64,000 bases of DNA. Source: Mobula hypostoma (Eukaryota). The stretch is taken from assembly GCF_963921235.1 (NCBI RefSeq), contig NC_086097.1, positions 58,592,001 through 58,656,000 of the forward strand, written 5' to 3'. The notes under the pieces were generated by a model that made no database searches, was not told where the DNA came from, and saw nothing but the letters and a program-made list of their open reading frames with translations. Numbering within the stretch: position 1 is the stretch's first letter; the number at the start of each line of letters is the position of its first letter. Shown piece after piece: positions 52,351-64,000 of the stretch. Both the position numbers and the translations under genes were made by a program.

Positions 52351-52589
52351 TAATTTCATTAGTAATGATGACATTGTTTCCTTCAATATTTTGGGTTGAC
52401 AATGCTTCTTCTGAATTACATATCTACAGTGACAGGTGCCTCTATACAAATTAATTCATACAAATAGCCTAAAAGCTTCTTGAGGTTGAAATTCCAGACA
52501 CCCAAAATTAATGTTTGTCTCTGAGTACACAAATATCATAAGTACACAAAAATAATTGATTGCCCATACCTGTGATTGTAGTGCATTCA

Positions 52590-53503
52590 ATATGGTGGAG
52601 GGGCTGATAGTGCGGAGGAAACAGTCTGCAGAGAGACTTGGATAGATTGGAAGGATGGGCAAAGAAGTGGCAAATGAAATATAATGTTGGAAAGTGTATG
52701 GTTATGCACTTTGGCAGAAGAAATAAATGGGCAGACTATTATTTAAATGTGGAGACAGTTCAAAGTTCTGAGATGCAACGGGACTTGGGAGTCCTCATGC
52801 AGGATACCCTTAAAGTTAACCTCCAGGTTGAGTCGGTAGTGAAGAAGGGGAATGCAATGTTGGCATTCATTTCTAGAGGAATAGAGTATAGGAGCAGGGA
52901 TGTGATGTTGAGGCTCTATAAGGCACTGGTGAGACCTCACTTGGAGTACTGTGGGCAGTTTTGGGCTCCTTATTTAAGAAAGGATGTGCTGACATTAGAA
53001 AGGGTACAGAGAAGATTCACTGGAATGATTCCGGGAATGAGAGGGTTAACATATGAGGAACATTTGTCCACTCTTGGACTATATTCCTTGGAGTTTAGCA
53101 GAATGAGGGGGGACCTCATAGAAACATTTCGAATGTTGAAAGGCATGGACAGAGTGGATGTGGCAAAGTTGTTTCCCATGATGAGGAAGTCTAGTACGAG
53201 AGGGCATGAATTAAGGATTGAAGGGCGCCCATTCGGAACAGAAATGCGAAGAAATTTTTTTTAGTCAGAGGGTGGTGAATCTATGGAATTTGTTGCCACG
53301 GGCAGCAGTGGAGGCCAAGTCATTGGGTGTATTTAAGGCAGAGATTGATAGGTATCTGAGTAGCCAGGGCATCAAAGGTTATGGTGAGAAGGCAGGGGAG
53401 TGGGACTAAATGGGAGAATGGATCTGCTCATGATAAAATAGCGGAGCAGACTCAATGGGCCAAATGGCTGACTTCTGCTCCTTTGTCTTATGGTCTTATG
53501 GTC
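52590..53503 (+). mobile_element. CR1 LINE 3' fragment, low decay
   Basis: 208-aa ORF 52638..53264 ([29 protein letters not shown]); (CTTATGGT)n-like tail. Confidence 0.92.
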
Positions 53504-53509
53504 TAGTAC

Positions 53510-56020
53510 TTCAGTAACATTTGAGGAGTTCTTTCCAACACTGAGAGAAGCCCATGGGCAATGCCAGTGGTCCCAGTAGCCAAGAAGAATGGGTCTGTCA
53601 GGATCTGTGGTGATTTTAAGGTCACCATAAAACCAGTAGTGAAAGTAATCAATACCCTTTGCCCAGGATAGAGGATATTTTTGCAAACCTTTCTGGAGGA
53701 AAATGTTTCAGCAAAGTGTACTTAGCTTGATGCCTACCCACAAGTGGAGATGGAAGAGTCCAAAGTGTTTCTCACCATAAATACTCACAAAAGGCTTTAA
53801 CGTTATAATAGGCTTATTTTTACAGTAGCATCTGCATCTGCACTCTGGTAGAAAACTACAGGCCAGGTGCTGCAAGGCTGCCCAGGCACTTAGTGTTACC
53901 TGGATGTCATCACTGTTACTGGTGAGAATGTCAAGGAACATCTCCAAAATCTCAAGACAGTGTTAAAAAGATTAGAAGATTATGGCCTCAGAGCACAATG
54001 CCACAAGTGTGATTTCTTTAAACCAAGCATTACTTAGTGGTCATACCATTGATATACAAGGATTTCAAAAGTGTGCTGAGAAAATTTAAGCAGTGGTGGA
54101 TGTCCAAAACCAAAGGACTTGTCAGAGGTGGTCCTTTTTAGGATTTGCCACTAACAGCAGTGCACGAATGCAGAGATCAGCTCTGTTTCTTGGAGGACAC
54201 AATTACAAGACTGAATTCAAGAGGATGACTAATTATGGAAATGCTGATGGATTGTCCCTTTACACTTGAAGAACGAAATACCTGAACATTTTACGAAGAG
54301 GACATGCATCCTCTTGACCTATTCTCCCTAATGCAAATCAAGTCTCCTTATTATGGCAGAGATGATCCAAAGGGAAACCAGAAAAGACCCAACACTCTCC
54401 AGCTCTACGTGGCCAAGCAAATTGGCTGGAATACCAGCAGAAATTTCAGTTCCCCTACTTTTACTTGCGTCAGGATGAACTTGCTCTCGACAGGGGTTGC
54501 CTTATGTGGGAATTAAGTGTTGTTGTACCCTCCAAACTGAGAACTAAAGTGTTGGAGGAGCTATATGTCAGTCATCGAGGTGTGGTCAAAATGAAAGAGT
54601 TGGCTTGAAGCTTTGTCTGGTGGCCTGTGACAAAGTAGCAACACACAAAAAATGCTAGAGGAACTCGGCGGGCCAGGCAGCATCTACAGAAAAAAGCACA
54701 GTTGACATTTCAGGCTGAAACCCTTTGGCTGGGATACAGTAGATCAGCAAACCAAGCAGCTTGCCATGCACTGTTCAGATGCCAGCACATCCAGAAGATG
54801 CCAAGAGCAGCACCTCTCCATCCCTGGGAATGGCCTGCGCTGCCCTGGCAGACTATTCATGGTGGATTTTGCTGGGCCATTCATTGGCACAAATTTATTG
54901 GTAGTAGTGAATATAGCTACTAAATGTCCAGAATTGTTCCCAATAGCCTCCACTACAGCCTTGCACAGTGTTGATGTGTTCAGAAGTCTATTCTGGTGTT
55001 CCAGAACACAGTCAGTGACAATGGACCACAGTTTGTTGTGGAATAGTTTCAGCCATTCCTGAAAATGAGTGGAACAAACAAATTACATCTGCACCCGACC
55101 ACCCAGCTACAAATGGCTTGAGGCAAAGGTTTGTCCAGAGTCTGAAAAACACACTACGAGCAATGTTAGCAGAACACACTACACTGACACTGAGTCAGAA
55201 GCTCTCCAATTTCTTCCTACATATCGCAATGCAGCACACTCCACAACCAACAACTCACCAGCTATGTTGTTCCTGGGTCATCCCTTGCATTCACGCTTGG
55301 ATCTTCTCAAACCCAATCTCAGAGGAAGTACGTAGGACAAACATCTGAGACCAATTGAAAGCTTTGATGTTTCACTCCTGGACAACCAGTTCTGGTGAGG
55401 AACAGCACAAATGATCATAAGTGGGTACTTGGAAAGTTTAGGGACAGAACTGGACACTCCTACACAGTGGAGGTAGTGTCTGATGTCATCTGGAGATGAG
55501 ACGTCAATCAGTTGAGGAAAGCAGAGTCAATTATTAGAGAAGAAAGGTATCCAGAGGTGTCAGAACCATTTCCTGCCATACCAGAGTCAACTCCTACAAC
55601 CATCATGGAGGAGGCCCTAGAACCTGATGTTGATTCAGAGACACAAGCCTCACCTGTCATGCAGAGTGACCCCATCCATTGGGAACGACTTTATCCAGCA
55701 GTAGTAAGAAATCTTCCACAGCGATTAAATCTTTGGTCTGAATGGGGGACACACACGCAATATAGTTAAGCGGGGAGGAATGTAGTGTATTCAATATTTT
55801 AGTAATATTTCAGTAAATATTGTGAATGTATTGTTTGATGAAGCATTCTTTGTTTACCCAATTCATTATAGGTTGCATGTAAGAAGCACGCCAATGGCAT
55901 ATGTCATTATGCCACCACATCAATTAGCAAGCACCTCACTAAAGAAAAAGTAAGACGACAAAAATTATCCCAGCTCCCATGTTTTTCTTTCAATTAGTTT
56001 CTGGAGATATAAAATATAAC
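53510..56020 (+). mobile_element. Gypsy LTR retrotransposon (Mag-like pol), decayed, with PPT and 3' LTR
   Basis: RT remnants ([32 protein letters not shown]); integrase HPWEWPALPW..VDFAGPF..SDNGPQF; PPT AAGCGGGGAGGAA 55768-55780 then LTR TGTAGTG from 55781; most of RNase H appears deleted. Confidence 0.88.
54639..54725 (-). mobile_element. Penelope pseudo-LTR mini-element inserted in Gypsy integrase
   Basis: CAACACACAAAAAATGCTAGAGGAACTC...GAAACCCT; flanks TGGCCTGTGACAAAGTAG / TGGCTGGGATACAGTAG. Confidence 0.7.
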
Positions 56021-56252
56021 TGTGACTATGTTTGAGAACGTCTGTCTGGTGTGCCTGTTGGCACTCCAGTCACAATGATGCAAATAGTTTGGCCATATTG
56101 TCTGGTTTGATACAAGTCAATTAACACAATTTCATTATTTTAATGTTTGGCTCTTGCATATACAAACTCTTAGTCTGTGGAGCGGCCTGTGCTTTTAACT
56201 TCAATTTACTGCTTGCAATTTACTCTAAAAAACTAAGGCCAATTGCGAACTT

Positions 56253-57906
56253 ACTTTTTTTTGGGTAATTTATTTTTTTTATTGAATTTCATCATCAAAC
56301 AAACTTTTCATAAGATGTATTTCAGATACTGTACATATATATCATATAATCATATTTGTCACAAATCTCCACATAATATTTATCTGAGGTATACACTTAT
56401 AGAAAGGAGAGGAAAGAAAGAACAATCGAAAGAAGAAAACTATGTACAGAGTAGGGAGTGATTTTTTTTTACAACATATTCATTGACTTGTGAGAATAAA
56501 ATCAGGCCTATGAGGTGTTATGTAGTTAAACGATTTTTTCCAGCATGAATAAAATTGTTCCAACTTATGATTAACAGATGCTGATATCTTCTCCATTTTG
56601 TAAACGTCCATTGTAATTTCCATCCATACATTAAAAGTTGGGCTGTCCTGAGATAACCACTTCCTGGTAAGGGTCTTTTTACCAGCCACCAGCAGTACAA
56701 TCATTAAATATTTATCTCTTTTCAACCATTCTTGAGGTACATACCCAAAATATATGATCTTACTCACTAAGGGTATTTCACATTTAAAGATGTCTTGTGT
56801 AGGGCATTATGTATCTCACTCCAATAGTCTTTGATAACAGGACATTCCCAGAAAATATGATAATAGATTGCATTTTAATTTCCACAATTTGTCCAGCAAG
56901 CAGGGGAGTTACTATTATACTGTAATGGGATTTCTGAGAGGGTGTAATAAAATATCTTATCAAGTTTTTCCACCTGAACTCCCTCCATTTCTGTGAACTG
57001 GTACACTTCCATTGATACTGCCATATTATTGTCCCGTCTTCCTCAGATATTATTATCCCTCCTTCCTTCTCCCATTTTGTTTTAATGTATGAAGTCGAAT
57101 GTGTTTTAAGATTTGACAAACCCTTATAAATGCTTGAAATTATTCTACTACCATTGTCTGAATTATATGCTTTTCTAAGTAGCTCTATCAGACATGTACT
57201 TGCCTTGGTTACATTTTTAACCATCCTATTAACATACTGTTGCATCTGTAAATACCGGTAAAAGTCTTGTTTTTCTGATAAGTGTTTCTCTTTGAGCATT
57301 TCAAAACTGAACAGTGTTCCTTCTTTCATTACATTGCAAATAGCTGTTATTCCTTTTGCTGTCCAGTCCTTAAATCTAGCATCCAGTTTATTCGTCGTAA
57401 AATCCCTGTCATATGCACACCATTTAAGAATTGCAATGTCTCTCTCTAGTTTATATTCTTTTATAATGGTTTTCCATATTTTAAGAGTCCATTTCACCCA
57501 CAGGTTGTCAATATTATTTATGTAACTTTGTAGGTTACCAGCCAAAATTTCCTGTATGGGGATGGAAAGTATCCTCTCCTCAATGTTTTTCCATTGAGCA
57601 TCATATGATGGGTTGCACCAGCACATTACAGCCTCTCAACTGTGCTGCAAAATAATAATTTCTAAGAGAAGGTAGGCCCCATCCCCCCTTTTCCTTGGCT
57701 AATTGCAAAGTTTTGAGATGATTCCTAGGCCTTTTATCTTGCCATATATATCTTGATGGCATCTTGTTCCATTCATTGAATTGATTTTGGTTAATCTCTA
57801 TTGGTAGGGCCTGAAAGAGATATCATAGTCTGGGCAGTATATTCATTTTAATAGATTCAATCCTTGAACTGGGATCAAGAAAAGGAATTAGGTTCCATCT
57901 TGTTAT
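56253..57906 (-). mobile_element. L1 LINE, 5'-truncated (second L1 family)
   Basis: ORF2 C-terminus (280-aa ORF 56784..57626, DFYRYLQMQQY, KTKWEKE); A tail at 56255-56262; exact 13-bp TSD CAATTGCGAACTT (56240-56252, 57907-57919). Confidence 0.92.
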
Positions 57907-58039
57907 CAATTGCGAACTTCCTAATGTTTACAATAAGATCTGAACCCTGGTTTGAATTAATATCCGCTATATTCACATAACTCCAGAATACTCCCCAATA
58001 CTATCAACCTCTGTTTTAATTATACCATATGAATTGGCC

Positions 58040-58205
58040 TGCATGGCCATTTGTGACAATTAATTCCACAGATACACCACCCTCTGGCTAAAGAAAGCCC
58101 TCCTCATCCCTGTTCTAAATGTGTATCCCTCTATTCTGAGGCTCTGGCCACTGCTCCTAGACTCCTCCATGGGAAAGACCTTCTCCACATCTACTCCATC
58201 TTTCA
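58040..58205 (-). mobile_element. CR1 fragment
   Basis: DGVDVEKVFPMEESRSSGQSLRIEG..FFSQRVVYLWN. Confidence 0.75.
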
Positions 58206-59354
58206 TGAGCAGCTCTGTTGCTGTATCAGATAATTTGGGAATCTTGGATAAAGCCATGTTTGTAGCTGCTTTAGAAAACCATTAACTATCTGCAAAAAAT
58301 AACGCTGCTTTAAGTGAGCATCTTGTGATACCTGAAGGAAAGGCGTTATCGAAATTATCTTGCTTAGTTTTCCAGCTGGCAGTATACCCAACTACACTTT
58401 CAATAAGGTAGCATGAGTAGAGCTCCCTCTCCCTCATAATAGTGGAATGTCTTCACAGTTTAGTATGCAGGCCCGCCCTGCTGAGGACATGCTTTGAGAA
58501 AGAGCCCATTGTGCATCAACCTGACAGCTCAGCAACACTCACCCAGATTTATCACGTGGATTAGGGTTTATCTACACATAGGTCCCAGGCCAACAGGGAT
58601 ACTGGGCCAGACATTGCAGCAACACTGGCTAACTAGTACAGCTTACAGTAACTTCGGGATTTTGCATTAATACACACGCAAAATTTACAACCGTATAACA
58701 GACTTTAGTCTAAAACGTGCGTAAAGAGAGAATTTGCACTAATTACCCTGCACCTATATTTTGCATTCTTCTCCAGGTTTGGGGAGGCACAAGAAGTTTT
58801 GTCCCTTCAAATTAAGTGATAAGAAACAGCTGTTACTGTTAAGGTTACCTTTGATTAAATGACTATTTTTAAAAGTTTCAAAGCATATCAAAGTCAATAA
58901 TTAGCTTGTCTTATTTTTGAGAAATTTGAAATTAATACGATGTATTCCAAGGTGCTTCAAGCTTTTGTTAAACTCCTCAAGCCTCCCTAAATCACATGTT
59001 GTAATTAAAAGGTCAAAGAGTTTGATAGTTCAGGTTATTTAAAGAGGAGACCTTTCTCGCCCTCTTACCGTGCAATATCCCTTATGATATGGAAGAACTT
59101 TTTAAATACTCACAGCTTTTCTGCCAAGAGTCCTCTTAACATTTTACAAAGTCCCCATTGAGACAAGCTTGCACATTTTAAAAAACTGATATTTGTAGCA
59201 ACAGTGCCAGCTGCTGGTTGCAAAATCTCCTCTTTGAAGTTTGAAGCTACAGGGAGTGTAATTAAATTGATGGACTGAATAGCTTGAGGCTCTTTTCTGT
59301 AGAAAAGGCTGAGGGTGTTCTATTAGCTTTAACATTATGAAGGGATTTAAAAAG

Positions 59355-61790
59355 AAATAGTAGGAATGGGCCATCTGGTTCTCCAAGCCCACTTCAACAT
59401 TCACCATTGCTGATCTAATAAAGAGCCATTTTTTGGCAGAGTCGCTGTATCCCTCTATTCCCTTAATTCCAGAAATCAATCAACAATCGAGCCTCAACTT
59501 CTCTCTGGTACAGTGAATATCAAAGGTTACTCATTACTATTCATTATTCTCAAGCAGTGTCTCTTGACCCTAGTTTCCTCAGTCAGGGAAAACAGTCTCA
59601 GACATCTAGCTTGTCAAGCTCTTTAAATTTATACAGTCTTGATAAGATCTCCTCTGGTTCTTCTAATCTCTAGAAAATACAGAATGTGGGCCTTCAATAA
59701 CATGAACAAACACACCCAGGCCCCTTTGAACATTAACACCACCTATTTTTTCACATTTGATAAACACACTGCTTCCCTATTATCTTCCTCATAATTGATA
59801 ACCCCACTATTTTCTATACTACATTCCATCTGCCATGTTCTTACCCACTCACTGAATAAGACCATAAAACCATAAGAAAAAGGAGTAGAAGTCGGCCATT
59901 GGGCCCATCGAGTCTGCTCCGCCACTTTATCATGAACTGATCCATTCTCCCATTTGCCTTCTCACCATAACCTTTGATGCCCTGACTACCCAGATACCTA
60001 TCAATCTCTGCCTTAAATACACCCAATGACTTGGCCTCCACTGCTGCCCGTGGTAACAAATTCCATAGATTCACCACCCTCTGGCTAAAAAAATTTCTTC
60101 GCATCTCTGTTCTGAATGATAGATAGATAGATAGATAGATATACTTTATTGATCCCGAGGGAAATTGGGTTTCGTTACAGCCACACCAACCAAGAATAGA
60201 GCATAAATATAGCAATACAAAAACCACAAACAATCAAACAACAAAATGCAAACTATGCCAGATGGAAAAAAAGTCCAGGACCAGTCTATTGGCTCAGTGT
60301 GACTAACCCTCCACGGGAGGAGCTGCAAGTTTGATGGCCACAGGCAGGAACGACCTCCCGTGCCGCCCAATGTTGAATCTCGGTGGAGAATTCGAAATGT
60401 TTCTATGTGGTCCCCCCTCATTCTGCTAAACTTCAAGGAATACACTCCAAGAGCGGACAAATGTTCCTCATATGTTAACCCTCTCATTCCCGGAATCATT
60501 CTAGTGAATCTTCTCTGTACCCTTTCCAACATCAGCACATCCTTTCTTAAATAAGGAGACCAAAACTGCCCACAGTACTCCAAGTGAGGTCTTACCAGCA
60601 CCTTATAGAGCCTCAACATCACATCCCTGCTCCTATACTCTATTCCTCTAGAAATGAATGCCAACATTGCATTCGCCTTCTTCACCACTAACTCAACCTG
60701 GAAGTTAACCTTAAGGATATCTTGCATGAGGACTCCCAAGTCCCATTGTATCTCAGAACTTTGAATTCTCTCCTCACTTAAATCATAGTCTGCCCATTTA
60801 TTTCTTCTGCCAAAGTGCATAACCATACACTTTCCAACACTGTACTTCATTTGCTACTTCTTTGCCCATTCTTCCAATCTATCCAAGTCTCTCTGCAGAC
60901 TCTCTGTTTCCTCAGCACTACTGGCCCCTCCACCTATCTTTGTATCATCAGCAAACTTAGCCACAAAGCCATCTATTCCATAATCCAAATCATTGATGTA
61001 CAACGTAAAAAGCTGCCCCAACACAGACCTCTGTGGAACACCACTGGTAACCAACAGCCGACCAGATTAGGATCCCTTTATTCCCACTCTCTGTTTCCTG
61101 CCAATCAGCCAACACCCTATCAACGTATGTAACTTTCCCGTAATTTCATGGGCTCTTATCTTGTTAAGCAGCCTCATGTGTGGGACCTTGTCAAAGGCCT
61201 TCTGAAAATCCAAATATACAACATTCACTGCATCTCCCTTGTCAAAGGCCTTCTGAAAAAGTCTTCCCTCTTCTAGATGAGCTACCATCCGTGGTAATCG
61301 AGTCCCATCTGCCCGGAGCAACTGGTTTTAAGGCAACAGTGGCCCACCCTTGTCCCTTCTCCTGTCAGTGAGAACAGCCCTGCCGGGCATAAGAACTATG
61401 CCACACGTGAAGGTCAGGAGTTGGACTTGGTCGTCAGAGGCTGTTTGAGACGCACGCCATGAAGAGTATTTGTTTATTTGTAATTGCCAATCGGAGGAAC
61501 ACTCATTTATCACAACTCTCTGCCTTCTACTGGTTAACCAATCCTCTGTACATTATGCCCAACTCCGTACCTCATTATCTTATGGGTAAGTCTTTCATGT
61601 GGCACCTGGAAATCCAAGTATAGAACATCCACCTGTTTCCCTCTATCCACTGCACTTGTATCTTCAAAAACCTCCAGTACATTTGTCAAACAGAACCTTT
61701 CCTTCATGAATCATGCTGTGTCTGCCTAATGGAACTACTTTTATCCAGAAGTCAACCTATTTTTTCCTTTAATGATATCTACAATCATTT
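59355..61790 (-). mobile_element. Nested CR1 cluster: older CR1 (59355-59855, 61500-61790) interrupted by a younger CR1 (~59860-61260), which itself carries a Rex1 fragment
   Basis: Younger copy has VYLDFQKAFDKVPH, VTSGVPQ, AKFADDTKIGG, LVRPHLEYC and its own 3' tail at ~59860. Confidence 0.85.
60118..60389 (-). mobile_element. Rex1-type LINE 3' end with (TATC)n tail
   Basis: TTCCTGCCTGTGGCCATCAAACTT and TGTAAC..CCAATTTCCC..GGATCAATAAAGTAT shared with the 28885-30589 element; (GATA)n at 60118-60141 on +. Confidence 0.85.
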
Positions 61791-61949
61791 TTGTTTAGCA
61801 GTGGGAGCTCTTCCCCACTACCACCCTTTGGCTATGACTACCTTTGGATCCTTTGGGGTATGAGTGGAGAGTCAATAATGTAGAAACTAATGTTTTCCAC
61901 ATGATCTCCTGCCCTCATCTGCAAAACCACAATCTGTTGCTGAATCTGA

Positions 61950-63396
61950 CTGGTACCTAGCGGGCAGCCGCCCAAGACCGTTGTGGGCAAGTACTAACTG
62001 AGCTCTCGCAGCAGTATGTTGACTGATGGGCACGTCCTCTATCCAGAAAATTACCCACTGTCCCCAAGTCCACAAAAGCCTTCACCTGCCTCAGGTTCTT
62101 ACCCCAGGTAAACTCCGCCTTCAGCACGAAACCAGAATCCACGGGGTTGGGCGTAACGGCTGCTACCGACGCAGTCCTCCTGACATTGGACAGGATCAGC
62201 AGGTCCCCAGGAGGACGCAGCTTCGGACATTTGGCCCACAGGTGATCTGCTTCCCCACAGTAAAAGCTGCAACCTTGACTCCGATGCTGGGGCCTCTCAT
62301 CGGTGGAGAGTCCAGTGCAGGGGTTCAACTAGATCTTCAGCAGGCGATGGGCTGGTCATGGTCCGAGGTTGGGGAGTGGAACAACGATGTGCTGAGTTTG
62401 GGTTCAGGCTCGCCCTCCTCGACCTTGACCACCTATGCTGCATCAGACAATCATCGAGACAGATGGGCTGGTCAATGAGAACTTTTAAGTTCTCTGCTGG
62501 CCCTCCCAGGGCGAGGGCATCCTTAAATTTATCTCAGAGTCTGTGGCAGTATAGTGTGCCCAAGGCCTCCCCATACCAAACACTCTCCTAGGTCAAGGTC
62601 TGAAATTCAATCATGTAGCAGCTGCTGACTGTCCGCCCCCCCACCCCTCTCAAACCTTCATCAGGTAGTCTGAGGCTTGGCTTGCTCTGGTGGGGTTATG
62701 ATTCACCTCACTCATGGCAGCCATGAATTCCTCTGAATTTGAGCAAATTGCCATCCTGTGTTTCCAATGCACAGTGCCCCAGGCCAGGGCGCTCTCAACC
62801 AGACACACACACCAAAGGGAACTGAGATAGCTGGCACTCAAACACTAATGAGCACTGGATGAGGAAGCCGTGGAAAGAACCCAGGTCCCCATCAAATCTC
62901 TGTGGGATTGGAAGCAGGACTGACTGGTTCTCCCCAGCGACTCTGGTCTCCTCCTTGCAAAAGATGACCAAGGGCTACCTGGAGGTCAGGTTTCTCCATG
63001 CTCTGTTGGGAATTATCTTCACTATGGCTGGTCACAGCAAACGAAATACTCTGATACCCCACTGGGTCCATACTAGCTCAATTGTACCATGACGAGAATG
63101 GCTTCGATCCAAATGTTGCAGTATCCAAGGTTAGGATCAAGACACAGCTTCAAACTGAATTGAGAATCTCAGCACAAACAAACACTTGATGAAATCACAA
63201 GTAGACATACAACTGAGCACCAAACTCCAGTTTAGGTGCTCCTTAAATGCTCAACCCTTTGCACCCAAAACATGATTGCCAATTAGCAGGACTGTCCTGA
63301 ATCTTTAAAGGGGCCACATCAGCCATCCATTCATACTCTGAGGAGTTAGAGCGTCTAAACCTCGGAAGCTGGTGCATATGGGTGCATATCATAACA
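61950..63396 (-). mobile_element. Gypsy (Sushi/Ty3-like) element 5' part: LTR, gag, zinc knuckle, protease; decayed
   Basis: LTR start TGTTATGA at 63396; gag ATGGACCCA at 63071; PQRFDGD..GFLIQC, ALAW, CSFYCGEADHLWAKCP, VKAFVDLGTVGNFLD. Confidence 0.8.
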
Positions 63397-63399
63397 CCC

Positions 63400-63995
63400 T
63401 AATTATACTAAGCTTTTATAAGCACATAGTGGAGTGTACCCCAACTAGTTGCATCATGGTCTGGTATGGAAATACCAATGCCCCAGAACAGAAAAGCCTA
63501 TAAAAACTGATGGATACGGCAGAGTTTATCACAGGAATAGCTCTCCCCATCGTTGAGCATGTCTACAAGGAGTGCTGCCACAAGAAAGCAACCTCCATTA
63601 TTAAGGGTGCTCACCATCCAGGCCATGCTCTCTTCTCGCTGCTGCCATCAGGAAGTGGGTACGGGAGCCTCAGGTCCCAGGCCACCAGGTTCAGGAACGG
63701 TTATTACCCTTCAACCATCAGGTTCCTGAACCAGAGCAGATAAATCCATTCAACTCTAGATCACTGATCACAACCTACGGACTCACTTTCAATGACTGTA
63801 CAGCTTATGTTCTCTTTATTTTTAATTTTTTTTTGTATTTTCAGTTTATCTTCTTTTGCACATTGGTTTCTTGACAATCTTTTTGTGTATGGTTCCTCAT
63901 TGATTCTGTTGTATTTCTTTGTTCAACTGTGAATGCCTGCAAGAAAATGAATCTCAGGGTAGGATACAGTGACAAATATGTACTTCATTAATAAA
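63400..63995 (+). mobile_element. Rex1/Babar-type LINE 3' fragment
   Basis: HHPGHALFSLLPSG..RFRNGYYPSTIRFLN plus 3' UTR. Confidence 0.75.
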
Positions 63996-64000
63996 TTAAC

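Noticed and set aside
51565..52590. Possible LTR hosting the mariner MITE
   Set aside because: TGTTG start and reverse AATAAA seen, but no clear opposite terminus or TSD
58203..58391. Possible minus-strand exon or neighbouring-gene (RTN1) sequence
   Set aside because: No resemblance to a reticulon C-terminus and no convincing donor; runs into a CR1 fragment
61950..63071. Domesticated gag gene (RTL/PEG10-like)
   Set aside because: Multiple stops and frameshifts and an attached LTR indicate a decayed Gypsy element
1..64000. Prokaryote-type systems (operons, CRISPR, defence islands) or endogenous viral genes
   Set aside because: Sequence is a spliced vertebrate locus; the long ORFs are explained by LINE/LTR remnants or low complexity

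Overview
Eukaryotic, AT-rich, repeat-dense vertebrate DNA. The repeat repertoire (abundant CR1, Penelope, Rex1/Babar, V-SINE) suggests a cartilaginous fish, probably a ray; this is inference. One host gene is present: a minus-strand coiled-coil gene I recognise as CCDC175. I reconstructed 15 GT-AG exons by hand (ATG at 50057 down to 654). They splice into a single stop-free frame of 1746 nt / 582 codons, and the gene continues off the left edge. Its CpG-rich promoter carries RFX X-box, forkhead and ETS motifs. Most of the remaining sequence is transposon-derived: a near full-length decayed L1, a 5'-truncated L1 with a 13-bp TSD, many CR1 fragments, Rex1/Babar LINEs nested in CR1, two decayed Gypsy elements, an 855-bp solo LTR in intron 1, a foldback mariner MITE, Tc1 and hAT MITEs, SINEs and Penelope-like elements. 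The most notable signals are minimal hammerhead-ribozyme motifs in the Penelope pseudo-LTRs, ~90-170 bp TSD-flanked mini-elements derived from them, a five-TIR foldback mariner, an in-frame CR1/Rex1 chimeric ORF, and a LINE insertion that deleted ~96 bp of its target. I found no evidence of a new protein-coding system. All homology calls are from memory of family motifs, not database searches.
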